Positions 1-9,553 of a stretch of DNA of 33,884 nucleotides are shown here, in pieces. A model generated the notes under the pieces. It was not told where the DNA came from and ran no database searches. It saw nothing but the letters and a program-made list of their open reading frames with translations. The first letter of the stretch is position 1. Every line of letters starts with the position of its first letter. A program made the translations under genes and the position numbers. Source of the stretch: Candidatus Woesearchaeota archaeon (GTDB lineage: Archaea; Nanobdellota; Nanobdellia; Pacearchaeales; GW2011-AR1); assembly GCA_964450135.1 (NCBI GenBank), contig CAYVCF010000003.1, positions 1-33,884 on the forward strand, written 5' to 3'.

Positions 1-62
1 ATTTTTCGAGGCTCGGATTTTGGAGGAGAAAAAACTTCGTTAAATTCCGATGTTAGACGAAA

Positions 63-190
63 TTTTTTCTTCGGCTGAAATTTAAATCTCTTATTTGCCA
101 ATCCCCCACCCGACGGAAAAAGCAGTTTTCTTTCAGAAAACAGATAGCAAAAACTTTCAGTTTTGGAAATTAATAATTGAGATGGGGGCA
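63..190. repeat. Left arm of a long imperfect inverted repeat bracketing the 248-1282 gene
   Basis: Four blocks are perfect reverse complements, in mirrored order, of right-arm blocks. They are ttttttcttcggc (63-75), aaatttaaatctc (78-90), cggaaaaagc (114-123) and gagatgggggca (179-190). Their partners are 1391-1403, 1372-1384, 1345-1354 and 1300-1311. Confidence 0.75.
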
Positions 191-247
191 CGAACGATGA
201 AACGAAAACTAAAACCTTTTAAATAACCTAATTTTAATAAGAATATT

Positions 248-1282
248 ATGCTAAGTAAAACATCAAAAATACTTTTAGGAATTTATGCATTTTTGCTTTT
301 AGTAATTCTCTTAACTTTTTCAGATAGTTTTGGATTTTTCTTGTTGATTGGAACAGGATTATTTACCTTGGTTACTTCAATATTTGTCGTAAACGATGTT
401 AAAAAACTAAAAAATTCTTTAACATCAAGAATCTTTAGTGTTGTGCTAATTATTTTAATCCTTTATTTTGCAATTATGCTTTTTTATGGGTTAGGCAACA
501 TAGGAGTAGGAGAAAAAGGACTTGTGTTTATGTTCTCCTTATTTGCTATGTTAATCTTTGCTGGACTATCCTTAGTAATTGGTATTATATTGGTTGTAAT
601 AAATAAAAATCAAAATGTTGAGAATAAACCAAACAAAATTCTTTCAATAATCTTAATCGTTATTCTTGCCTTATTGTTTTATAGTTCTGCTGTTTCAAGT
701 ATGGCAAGATTAACAGGTTCGTCTGGATTTTGTTCAATGCATATTGAAATAAAAAGTAACTCTTTTATCTTTGTTAAAGGTATGCAAGATTCTTGCATTT
801 TTAGAGTTGCTTTAGATAATTCAGATATTGCTCAATGCAAACAAATAAAAGACTCTTATGTAGATGTAGCAAATTCTCTAAAAAACAAATGTATTCTTAA
901 TGTTGCAAGAGATTTAAGTGATACAAGTCTTTGTTACCAAATAACAAACGACAAACAAAGACAAGGGGATTGTGTTAGGTATATTGGAGAGAATACAGGA
1001 GACCTTTCAATATGTGAAACTCCTGGTGTTGATAGAGATATGTGCTACTCCAATATTGCTCGTGGAGAAAGAGAAAATGGAAATCCTGAAATATGCAGGT
1101 ATATAGAGAACAATGAATCTAGATATCACTGTTATAGCATAATTGCAATAGATAAGAGAGACCCAAGTATATGTGAAAAATATTTCCCAACAGACGCTGT
1201 TTTAATACAAGAAGGAGTAAATCCTGCTGATTACTCAAAATCAAAATGTATTGTTGATGCAGAAAAAGGATATTTTAATTAA
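248..1282 (+). CDS. Polytopic membrane protein with a Cys-rich repeat C-terminal domain (hypothetical)
   Basis: 344-aa ORF. The N-terminal ~160 aa contain several hydrophobic helices. The C-terminal half has about 12 Cys in a recurring C-x(15-18)-C pattern with D/N-rich spacers. No family recognised. Confidence 0.7.
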   Translation: MLSKTSKILLGIYAFLLLVILLTFSDSFGFFLLIGTGLFTLVTSIFVVNDVKKLKNSLTSRIFSVVLIILILYFAIMLFYGLGNIGVGEKGLVFMFSLFAMLIFAGLSLVIGIILVVINKNQNVENKPNKILSIILIVILALLFYSSAVSSMARLTGSSGFCSMHIEIKSNSFIFVKGMQDSCIFRVALDNSDIAQCKQIKDSYVDVANSLKNKCILNVARDLSDTSLCYQITNDKQRQGDCVRYIGENTGDLSICETPGVDRDMCYSNIARGERENGNPEICRYIENNESRYHCYSIIAIDKRDPSICEKYFPTDAVLIQEGVNPADYSKSKCIVDAEKGYFN

Positions 1283-1299
1283 TTCTAACTAATGACTAC

Positions 1300-1403
1300 T
1301 GCCCCCATCTCAAAACTCTTCTTTTTAGGAAAAAGAAGCAAAAAGCTTTTTCCGTCCCCCGCCCAATTTTGGAGATTTAAATTTCTTAACGCCGAAGAAA
1401 AAA
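1300..1403. repeat. Right arm of the inverted repeat bracketing the 248-1282 gene
   Basis: tgcccccatctc (1300-1311), gctttttccg (1345-1354), gagatttaaattt (1372-1384) and gccgaagaaaaaa (1391-1403) pair with the left arm 63-190. Confidence 0.75.
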
Positions 1404-1731
1404 CTCACTCCTTTCAGTCGTGCCACATTGCATTCTCGCTATCGCTCGGGTCGTTGAACAGGCATTAAACGGCTCGGACTTTGCAAGTCCTCGACCCATA
1501 TTTTTAGGAAATTTATAATCTTTTTAGATAGTTCGAAAAACATCGCTTAATCGCGATGTTCTATTCAATTTTTGAGTAATTATTTTTTATAAATTTTTTT
1601 ATTTAAAACAGACACATTTAGACGAGAACTAATTTTCGGTTTTGACTGAGATATATGTCATGGTCTTATACAAAAAACAAAACCAACCGCAACATATTTA
1701 AATAAGATTTTGCTTTTACAATTATAAGGAG

Positions 1732-2019
1732 GTGAAAGTGATTCCCAAGAATCACAAAAAAAAGATGGCAAAGAATCAAATGCCTGTTGCAAAAAAGAGC
1801 AGTGGACTAAAAAAAGTTTTGTCTTTTGTTGCATGGCTTACAGGAGTAATTGTTTCGTTAGTTGTCGGCAATGCGTTGATAATCGGAACATTAGTTCTTC
1901 CTCAATGGTTAGGCGGGGATACTCAAGCAGGGATAATTGTCGCTATGGCTGTTGGATGGATAGTGATTATCACAACTTTATTAAGCGTTGTCTTAGCAAT
2001 TATTCACGCAATCAGATAA
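1732..2019 (+). CDS. Small lysine-rich N-terminus / two-TM membrane protein (hypothetical)
   Basis: 95-aa ORF with two clear hydrophobic helices. aggagg at 1727-1732 overlaps the called GTG, so GTG 1738 or ATG 1765 may be the true start. Confidence 0.55.
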   Translation: MKVIPKNHKKKMAKNQMPVAKKSSGLKKVLSFVAWLTGVIVSLVVGNALIIGTLVLPQWLGGDTQAGIIVAMAVGWIVIITTLLSVVLAIIHAIR

Positions 2020-2069
2020 TTTTTTTTCTACTTCTTAACTTTTTTAAATAACGATTAATTCATTTAATT

Positions 2070-3446
2070 ATGCAAGAAATTTATTTTGAAAACTATGGTT
2101 GCGTTGCAAATCAAAATTCAACAGAGATTATGAAAGGTTTGGTAAAACAATCTGGATTGAACATTACAGAAAATTCCGACTACGCAGATTTGATCATTAT
2201 TAATTCCTGCGTTGTAAAAGAATCAACAATTTCAAAAATCCGAAGACGAATTCAAGAATTGCTGAAAAAAAATAAAAAGAATTTTCAAAACAAAAATTCT
2301 TTAGGATTCTCCACTTCGTCACGAAAGAATTGCAGATTAAAATCAGTAGAGAATAAAAAAATAATCTTAGCTGGATGCATGCCGAGAATTTTTCAAAAAT
2401 ATTTTAAGGATAAAAAAATTTATCTTCTTGACACGAGCCATATTAAAGATTTGCTGAATTTGATTAAAGACATAGAGAATAATAATTATGATGAAAAAAA
2501 ATATTTATCTTTGAGAAATGAAGTAAAATTAAATCTTCCGAAAATTTCTGAAAGCAAGATAATCCGCATCACGCAAATTTCAGAAGGATGTTTAGGAGAA
2601 TGTTCTTATTGTCTCACGCGATTTGCAAAAGGAAAACTTTTTTCTTACCCTGAAAAAGAAATAATTGAATCAATAAAAAAAGATTTATCGTCTGGGGCAA
2701 AAGAAATCTGGATAACCTCGCAAGACAACGCATCTTATGGAAATGAAACTGGAAATTATTTTCTTCCAGAATTATTAAAAAAAATTTTAGAATTAAAAGG
2801 AAATTTCAAAGTTCGTTTAGGAATGATGAATCCGAACAATGTTTTGAAAATTCTCGACGACATTATTGAAATTTATCAAAATCCAAAAATGTTTAAGTTC
2901 ATTCACATTCCAGTTCAGACGGGTTCAGACAAAATTTTAAAATTAATGAATAGAATGTATAATGCAAAAGATTTTTTAAAAATTGTTAAGAAATTCAGAG
3001 AAAAAATTCCAGAGATTACAATCTCAACAGATATTATCTCTGGATTTCCAGAAGAAACTGAAAAAGATTTTCAAGAAACAATTGGATTAATTCAAAAAAT
3101 CAAACCTGAAATTTTAAACAGAAGCAATTTTTCTTCTCATAAACAAACTTCTGCATCAAAATTAAAAAATAAAATCCCTGAAAAAATAATTACTCAAAGA
3201 GCAACAGAACTAATGAAAATTCATCTTGAAATTTGCGACGAAATTCAAAAAAATTATTTAGGCAAAGAATTAAAGGTCTTTGTTGATGAAAGAGGTTTTG
3301 GAAATACTTTTTTAGCAAGAACAGAAAATTACAAACTTGTTGCTGTTCAATCATCTGAAAATATTTTAGGAAAATTTGTAAAAGTTAAAATTAAAAAATT
3401 ATTTCCACATTATTTAATTGGAGAGATTGTTAAAAATGAAATTTAA
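2070..3446 (+). CDS. MiaB/MtaB-family radical-SAM tRNA methylthiotransferase (archaeal type)
   Basis: MTTase N-terminal motif (YFENYGCVANQNSTEIMKG), radical-SAM CxxxCxxC (CLGECSYC) and a C-terminal TRAM-like segment. A K/N-rich insertion follows the N-domain. Confidence 0.85.
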   Translation: MQEIYFENYGCVANQNSTEIMKGLVKQSGLNITENSDYADLIIINSCVVKESTISKIRRRIQELLKKNKKNFQNKNSLGFSTSSRKNCRLKSVENKKIILAGCMPRIFQKYFKDKKIYLLDTSHIKDLLNLIKDIENNNYDEKKYLSLRNEVKLNLPKISESKIIRITQISEGCLGECSYCLTRFAKGKLFSYPEKEIIESIKKDLSSGAKEIWITSQDNASYGNETGNYFLPELLKKILELKGNFKVRLGMMNPNNVLKILDDIIEIYQNPKMFKFIHIPVQTGSDKILKLMNRMYNAKDFLKIVKKFREKIPEITISTDIISGFPEETEKDFQETIGLIQKIKPEILNRSNFSSHKQTSASKLKNKIPEKIITQRATELMKIHLEICDEIQKNYLGKELKVFVDERGFGNTFLARTENYKLVAVQSSENILGKFVKVKIKKLFPHYLIGEIVKNEI

Positions 3447-4254
3447 TTTAAAATCAAAAGTTTTTCTTGCACCAATGGAAGGAATAAATGATATTGCTTT
3501 CATAACTCTTTGCAAAAAAGCAGGGGCGGGAATTATTTTTTCTGAAATGACTCATCCTCTAACTCAACAAAAGATTTTTACTGATGAGAAATTAGTCATT
3601 CAATTATTTTCCACAAATGAAAAAGGAATTAAAGAGTTTGTAAAAGAATATGACAAAAAAGTTTTTGGTTGGGATTTTAATTTGGGCTGTCCCGCAAAAA
3701 CCGCAAAAAAACATGGCTTCGGAGTTTTTCTTCAAGATTTGAATTCAATTGAAAAAATTTTACAAACAATTCGCAGTTCAACTAAAAAACCTTTTTTTAT
3801 AAAATTGAGAAAGTCCCAGCAAACTTTGGAAATTTTGAAAATCACAGAAAAATATTGCGACGCAATTACAATTCATCCGCGAACACAGGAGCAAGGATAT
3901 TCTGGAAAACCTGATTTGAAATTCGCGACCTCTTTAAAAAAGAAAACAAAACTTCCAATAATTTATTCTGGAAATGTTGATGAAAAAAATTACAAAAAAC
4001 TTTTGAAAAAATTTGACTATTTGATGATTGGTCGTAGAGCAATTGGCGATCCGAATGTTTTTAATTTTTTTTCAAAAAAGAAAACAAATTTTGATTTTAA
4101 GGACTATTTAAAACTCGCTGAAAAATATAAACTTCCTTTTAAACAAATAAAATTTCAGGCAGTGAATTTTACAAAAAGAAAGCCAGACGCGAAAAAATTA
4201 CGCCTTGAAATTTTTAAGACGAAAAATTTGGAAGAGTTGAAGAAGATAATTTAA
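3436..4254 (+). CDS. dus: tRNA-dihydrouridine synthase
   Basis: FLAPMEGINDIAF and NLGCP motifs typical of the Dus family. I prefer ATG 3436 (MKFNL...), which overlaps the upstream stop by 11 nt, over the ORF-track start at 3418. Confidence 0.8.
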   Translation: MKFNLKSKVFLAPMEGINDIAFITLCKKAGAGIIFSEMTHPLTQQKIFTDEKLVIQLFSTNEKGIKEFVKEYDKKVFGWDFNLGCPAKTAKKHGFGVFLQDLNSIEKILQTIRSSTKKPFFIKLRKSQQTLEILKITEKYCDAITIHPRTQEQGYSGKPDLKFATSLKKKTKLPIIYSGNVDEKNYKKLLKKFDYLMIGRRAIGDPNVFNFFSKKKTNFDFKDYLKLAEKYKLPFKQIKFQAVNFTKRKPDAKKLRLEIFKTKNLEELKKII

Positions 4255-4734
4255 AGAAAAAATAATGCAAAAAATCTTTACTTATGTTTTTCGTCGGCAA
4301 AATTGTTGAGCAAAGTTAATTGCAAAAAATTATTTTCAAAATAAAGAAATTGCTTAAAATTTTTGCATCTCAATCACAGCAAGTTGCGGGGTCTTGCGAA
4401 AATTTTTTTCTACGCAACCGGCAACACAGAAAACAATCTCCAATTTATTTTCTCCGTCGATGTTTTCTGTTCTCCCCAAATCCGCGAATAAATCAAAAAG
4501 GATTTGGTGATTTTCTATCTCTCGCCAAATTTCTTTATTTGTCAGTTAATTTGCCGAGGCCAGAAAATACCGACGACAAAAAAATTTTCTGTATTTCAAT
4601 TTGTTTCGTAGCAAGCTACGGGGTATTAACCAAAATTGAAAATAATAGAAGATATAGTTTGTAATAACTCATAACTCAATTCTCGTCGCGAATTTCAATT
4701 TTTTGAAAAGTATTTTTTATTAAAATTTTAAGAA

Positions 4735-4992
4735 TTATTTAACATAAACAGAATCATTTGGTCTGACTACATCAGTTACTTTTAATCCAATTTTTTGTCC
4801 TTTGCTGGTTTTGTCAATTGACTTATGTTCAATCTGCATTTCTTTTACTTTTTGTTCAAAGTCAGTTGTGGCGCCTTTTATTTTAATTTTGTCCCCAATC
4901 TTAAAAGAAGAAATAACTTTTACAACAGCGACGCTGATTTTATCAAAATAATGAATTATTTCGCCGATTTTTTTAAGTTCTTTTTCTGTCAT
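4735..4992 (-). CDS. Small EF-Tu domain-2-like beta-barrel protein
   Basis: 85 aa. GDKIKIKGATTDFEQKVKEMQIEHKSIDKTSKGQKIGLKV resembles the translation-factor domain II barrel. Confidence 0.5.
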   Translation of the reverse strand: MTEKELKKIGEIIHYFDKISVAVVKVISSFKIGDKIKIKGATTDFEQKVKEMQIEHKSIDKTSKGQKIGLKVTDVVRPNDSVYVK

Positions 4993-4993
4993 T

Positions 4994-5665
4994 TTATTTT
5001 TTTATTATCTTTATTCTTTTTTGTAAAAAAAGAAATCCCGCTATAACTAGTAAAACCCCAATTATAATTCCTATTCCAGAAATATTTTTTTGAGAGACGC
5101 CGACGACATTTCCAGTTAAAGTTGAATTACTTAAAATTCCAAAACTTAAAATTCCTAAAACAATTGAAGTTATTCCAGCAGTTCTTGATGCAACAGGAAC
5201 TCCTGCTTGAATTTCATAACCTGCTCTTCTAATTTCTTTCTCAACATAAGGAGTAATTGGTTTTGTTAAGGTAACATTAACTGACACTGCGTCTCTTCTT
5301 TGTTTCATTTCACTAACTTGTTTATCTAATCTTTTTGCTCTTGAATAAATCATACTAAAAAGTTTTGCAACTTCTCTTTCATCTAAATTTTCTTCTTGCT
5401 TATTTTGTACGACCTGTCTTGCATAATCTACTGCTTCTTCAAGTTCATGCGCTGTAACAGGGTAGTTTCTTTTTCTTCTTGCATCATCTGCATCAGAAAG
5501 AATTTTATAAATAGAACCTTTTAATATTTGAACAGGATTTTTTTCAGAATAAGCATCAGAATTATTCCTAAAATTGTGCTTCCTATTATCCCTATCATTC
5601 CAACCTTCCTCAGAAAATCTTTCTTTTTTATTTTGCTTTAATGCACTTCTTAATCTTTTATCCAT
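4994..5665 (-). CDS. Hypothetical protein with charged N-terminal region and C-terminal membrane anchor
   Basis: 223-aa ORF ending 1 nt from the next start. Two hydrophobic segments lie near the C-terminus. No family recognised. Confidence 0.6.
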   Translation of the reverse strand: MDKRLRSALKQNKKERFSEEGWNDRDNRKHNFRNNSDAYSEKNPVQILKGSIYKILSDADDARRKRNYPVTAHELEEAVDYARQVVQNKQEENLDEREVAKLFSMIYSRAKRLDKQVSEMKQRRDAVSVNVTLTKPITPYVEKEIRRAGYEIQAGVPVASRTAGITSIVLGILSFGILSNSTLTGNVVGVSQKNISGIGIIIGVLLVIAGFLFLQKRIKIIKK

Positions 5666-5680
5666 ATTATTTATAAATAT

Positions 5681-6487
5681 TTATTTAACAACTTTCATTT
5701 CTTTCCAAGCAAGATTGAATAATTGTTCTAATGCCTGCGCGAAGAATTCTGTGTTAATCCAAACACCGACGTCGTAATTTGGATGAAACTGCTCGTCATT
5801 CAAAAGCATAAACATTAATTGCGAAGAATCAACAATTGAAAATCTTGCCTTGACATTTTGCATGTCTCTAACTTCTGCAACTTTTTTAAAGTCCCTTGCA
5901 ATCTTAATATTGTTTTTATCTATTGGAGCGGCAATTCTGACGCTGATTCCTCTTTTCTTGCATTTCTCTAAACTCGGCATAAGCACTTCCATTTTTCTGT
6001 TAAGACCTTGCGCAGTTGTGACAATTGTAACTGTTTTTTCTGCGTTCCTTATCATCATATCAAGATGGTTGTAAATATTTTGCCTTCCTCTCATGCTTCC
6101 TGACAAATCTGTTGGCTCCACGAATTTCACGCCTTGAGTAAATAATGTACTGAGTTCTTCAAGAACTTCTTCGCCTTTTAATTGTTCAAGTCGTTTTGAT
6201 TTTTCCTGCGCGCTGACAATCAAATTCTTTTTTACTCTTTCAACAACTTCTTCTGGCTTAAGAGCAATAAATTTTATTGGCTTTCCAAGTTTCATGATAA
6301 TAAATCCTTTCTTCTCTAAACTTTCTAAAATGTCGTATGTTCTTGAACGCGGAACATCAGAAATATTGCTAAGTTCTCCTGCAGTTGAAGTGCCTCGCGA
6401 CAACAGGGCAGTCCAGACCTTAACTTCATATAAGTTTAAATCAAATATTTTTCTTAACCTTCCGAGGAATTCATCTTTTACTATCAT
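5681..6487 (-). CDS. TrmB-family transcriptional regulator
   Basis: N-terminal wHTH (LYEVKVWTALLSRGTSTAGELSNISDVPRSRTYDILESLEKKGFI) plus a TrmB-like C-terminal domain. Length is typical. Confidence 0.8.
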   Translation of the reverse strand: MIVKDEFLGRLRKIFDLNLYEVKVWTALLSRGTSTAGELSNISDVPRSRTYDILESLEKKGFIIMKLGKPIKFIALKPEEVVERVKKNLIVSAQEKSKRLEQLKGEEVLEELSTLFTQGVKFVEPTDLSGSMRGRQNIYNHLDMMIRNAEKTVTIVTTAQGLNRKMEVLMPSLEKCKKRGISVRIAAPIDKNNIKIARDFKKVAEVRDMQNVKARFSIVDSSQLMFMLLNDEQFHPNYDVGVWINTEFFAQALEQLFNLAWKEMKVVK

Positions 6488-6559
6488 ATTTTTTTATGTA
6501 TTGTTTTATTTTTAAAGATTGTTATTGTGCAAGAGTGTTATCGTATAATCCCTTTTTAA

Positions 6560-9418
6560 TCACAATAGTCCAATCACGCCTTTTTTATCTTTAATTTTAA
6601 ATGAAATTGTCTTTTTAAATCTTTCCTTGTTAGTTGTAACATTTTCAATAAAAAATTTTATCGACGACGAATTTGTTTTTTCTTCAATGGATTTTCTGTG
6701 TTTCTCGACGATGTTTGCAAATTCTTTATCTGCGACAATTCCAAGTTTAACAAAATCTTTTTTATTCAGTCCGATATTTTTTCTAAACTCTTGAATGTTC
6801 CTTGAAAGCTCGCGAGCATAACCTTCTGCTTCAAGTTCAGATGTTAATTTTACATCAAGATCAACAGAAATAATTTTAGAATTTTTATTTTCTTTTAAAA
6901 ATAATTCCTTGACATTTAATTGCGATTTTATGATCTCTTGCAGTTCGTTATTTAATTTTAAATTTTTTCCAAAAATTTTAGCGTTCGCCAACGGCCACTT
7001 CAATCCAATTTTAATTTTATCTCTTTCACGAAGTCCTGCTGAAACAATTTCTCTTACAATTTTCATTTCGCAAATAATTTTTTCATCAATTTTTTTATCG
7101 TCGTGATTTGGCCAATTTTCAAGATGCACAGATTCGTTTTTATTATTTATTGTTTGATAAATTATTTCTGCAACAAACGGCATTATCGGAGCGATAATTT
7201 TTGAAAATTCATTTAATGCATATTCAAGAGTTTTGATTGCGTTTTCATCTTCTCCAATTCTATCCCTGTTTATTTTCACATACCAAGTTGAAAGATCGTC
7301 GACAAAATCTTTTATCTCATTGCAAACCTTTATTGTATTATATTTTTTAAAATGTTCTGTAGAATTTTTTATCAACTCGTTCAATCTTGACAAAATCCAT
7401 TTATCTGTGACCTCCTTTGAATCGGAATATTTTTTATTTGAATTTTTTTTATTTATCTCGTAGAAATTTTTTACATTGTAAATTAACAACAAAATTTTTT
7501 TATAAACCTCTTCCACGCCTTTTTCTGAAAAATTAAAATTATCTGCGTTCATCACGCTTGTTGAGACCAAATAAAATCTCAAAGCATCTACCCCATATTT
7601 TTTTATTAAAATATTTGGATCTGGAAAGTTGCCTTTTGACTTTGACATTTTTTGTCCATCTTCGGATAAGATCGTGCCTGTTGTTAAAACATTTTCAAAC
7701 GGAATTTCATCAAATAAAATTGCAGACAAAACAATCATATAATAAAACCACGCTCGAACTTGTCCGATATATTCGACGACAAATTGCGCAGGAAAATTTT
7801 TTTCAAAAAATTCTTTATTCTCAAAAGGATAATGAAACTGAGCGAAAGTCATTGAGCCCGACTCAAACCAGCAATCCAAAACTTCAGGAACTCTTGTCAT
7901 TTCTTTTCCGCATTCGCATTTTAATTTTATTTTATCAAGATAGTCCTTATGCAAATCAATTTTTCCTTTGATATTTTTTCCTTCTTTTTTTAATTCCCCC
8001 ATGCTCCCGATTACTTTTATTTTTCCGCATGAACATTTCCAAACCGGAATCGCAGACGCCCAATATCTGTTTCTTGAAATATTCCAATCCGGCGCTGTTT
8101 CAACACTGTGTCTGAATCTGCCGTCTTTTAAAAATTCAGGATACCAATTTATTTTTTTATTTAGCTGTAAAATTTTTTTCTTTATTTTTTGAATATCAAC
8201 AAACCACGACGGAAGAGGCATATAAATCAGCGGGGTCTCGCATCTGCAACAAAACGGATATTCGTGTTCTGTTTTTCTCACAGAAATAATTTTATTTTGT
8301 TTTTTTAAAAATTCAATTATTTTTTTATTTGTATCAAAAATATATTCTCCTGAAAAATCTGCAACTTCTTTTTTGAATCTCCCTTTCTCATCAACCGGCT
8401 CAACAATAGAAATATTATTTTTTTTAAAAACCTCGTAGTCCTCTTCTCCATACGGCGCAGTGTGAACAATTCCTGTTCCATCTTCTGCCGTTACAAAATC
8501 TCCAAGCAAAAATCTGAACGCGTCTTTTTTATTTTCATAGTAAGGAAACAAGGGTTCATATTTTATTCCTTCCAACTCTTTTCCGACGACAATTTTTAAA
8601 ATTTTGTATTCTTTTTGTTCCTTGAAATATTTTGAAATTAAATCTTTTCCAAATAAATAAATTGTTTTGTCTGACTGATCTTCAAGATAAGCATATTCCA
8701 TTTTTGGGTTTACAGTCAGCGCAAGATTTGAAGGCAAAGTCCAAGGCGTTGTTGTCCAAGCCAAAGCATAAACTTCTTTGTTATTGAATTTGTCTTTTAG
8801 TTTGAATTTTATTGTGATAGATTCGTCCTTGACATTTTTGTAAGAATTATCCATCGCGATTTCAGATTTTGCTAAAGGCGTTGAACACCGAGGACAAAAC
8901 ATCAAAACTTTTTTCCCTTCATAAATAAATCCTTTTTCCCAAAGTTGTTTAAACGCCCACCACACGCTTTCAATGTATTCATTGTCCATTGTTTTATAAG
9001 AATTTCCAAAATCAACCCATCGCCCAATTTTTTCAACCATTTTTCCCCATTCTTTTGCATAAGTCAAAACTTTCCCTCGACAAAATTTATTAAATTTCTC
9101 AATTCCTATTTTTTCAATTTCATCTTTTGAATTTATTTTCAATTCTTTTTCAGCAATATTTTCAATCGGAAGTCCGTGACAATCCCATCCCCAAACTCTT
9201 TTTACATAACGATCATTCATTGTCCAAAATCTTGGGAAAATATCTTTCAACACCGACGCTAAAAGGTGACCATAATGCGGAAGCCCTGTTGCAAACGGCG
9301 GGCCGTCGTAAAAAATATATGGCTTTGATTTTTCAGTTTTTTTCAAGGACTTTTCAAAAGTTTTATCTTTTTTCCAAAATTCTAAAATCTTATTTTCCTG
9401 TTCAGCAATGTCTGTCAT
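6560..9418 (-). CDS. ileS: Isoleucine--tRNA ligase
   Basis: FYDGPPFATGLPHYGH (HIGH region), KMSKS and the editing-domain WTTTPWTLPSN motif. 952 aa. Confidence 0.93.
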   Translation of the reverse strand: MTDIAEQENKILEFWKKDKTFEKSLKKTEKSKPYIFYDGPPFATGLPHYGHLLASVLKDIFPRFWTMNDRYVKRVWGWDCHGLPIENIAEKELKINSKDEIEKIGIEKFNKFCRGKVLTYAKEWGKMVEKIGRWVDFGNSYKTMDNEYIESVWWAFKQLWEKGFIYEGKKVLMFCPRCSTPLAKSEIAMDNSYKNVKDESITIKFKLKDKFNNKEVYALAWTTTPWTLPSNLALTVNPKMEYAYLEDQSDKTIYLFGKDLISKYFKEQKEYKILKIVVGKELEGIKYEPLFPYYENKKDAFRFLLGDFVTAEDGTGIVHTAPYGEEDYEVFKKNNISIVEPVDEKGRFKKEVADFSGEYIFDTNKKIIEFLKKQNKIISVRKTEHEYPFCCRCETPLIYMPLPSWFVDIQKIKKKILQLNKKINWYPEFLKDGRFRHSVETAPDWNISRNRYWASAIPVWKCSCGKIKVIGSMGELKKEGKNIKGKIDLHKDYLDKIKLKCECGKEMTRVPEVLDCWFESGSMTFAQFHYPFENKEFFEKNFPAQFVVEYIGQVRAWFYYMIVLSAILFDEIPFENVLTTGTILSEDGQKMSKSKGNFPDPNILIKKYGVDALRFYLVSTSVMNADNFNFSEKGVEEVYKKILLLIYNVKNFYEINKKNSNKKYSDSKEVTDKWILSRLNELIKNSTEHFKKYNTIKVCNEIKDFVDDLSTWYVKINRDRIGEDENAIKTLEYALNEFSKIIAPIMPFVAEIIYQTINNKNESVHLENWPNHDDKKIDEKIICEMKIVREIVSAGLRERDKIKIGLKWPLANAKIFGKNLKLNNELQEIIKSQLNVKELFLKENKNSKIISVDLDVKLTSELEAEGYARELSRNIQEFRKNIGLNKKDFVKLGIVADKEFANIVEKHRKSIEEKTNSSSIKFFIENVTTNKERFKKTISFKIKDKKGVIGLL

Positions 9419-9553
9419 TTTTTTAATTGTCCTTTTAAGTTTTTATATTTAACTTTCTGTACATTCAGAAGAATTTGCAAGAATTATTTTTTCAGTGTCG
9501 TCAGAAGAATCAAATAAGAGATTATAAAAAAGAAGTTTTTAAAAATTGTGTAT

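Noticed and set aside
1404-1500. Relatively GC-rich patch with an anticodon-arm-like hairpin (ggac-tttgcaa-gtcc), considered as a tRNA or split-tRNA half
   Set aside because: I can find no acceptor stem, D-arm or T-arm (no GTTCRAATC-like loop). The stem is only 4 bp.
4320-4664. 114-aa ORF in the 4255-4734 spacer
   Set aside because: The sequence is low-complexity and Arg/Phe/Ser-rich. It is built from the spacer repeat and hairpin modules, has no start context, and no protein-like pattern. I treat it as non-coding.
6909-9426. Many 60-140-aa ORFs antisense to ileS, with similar antisense ORFs inside the LTD gene, gatA, rrp4 and others
   Set aside because: These are typical shadow ORFs of an AT-rich genome lying opposite well-supported genes. 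Their translations are low-complexity.
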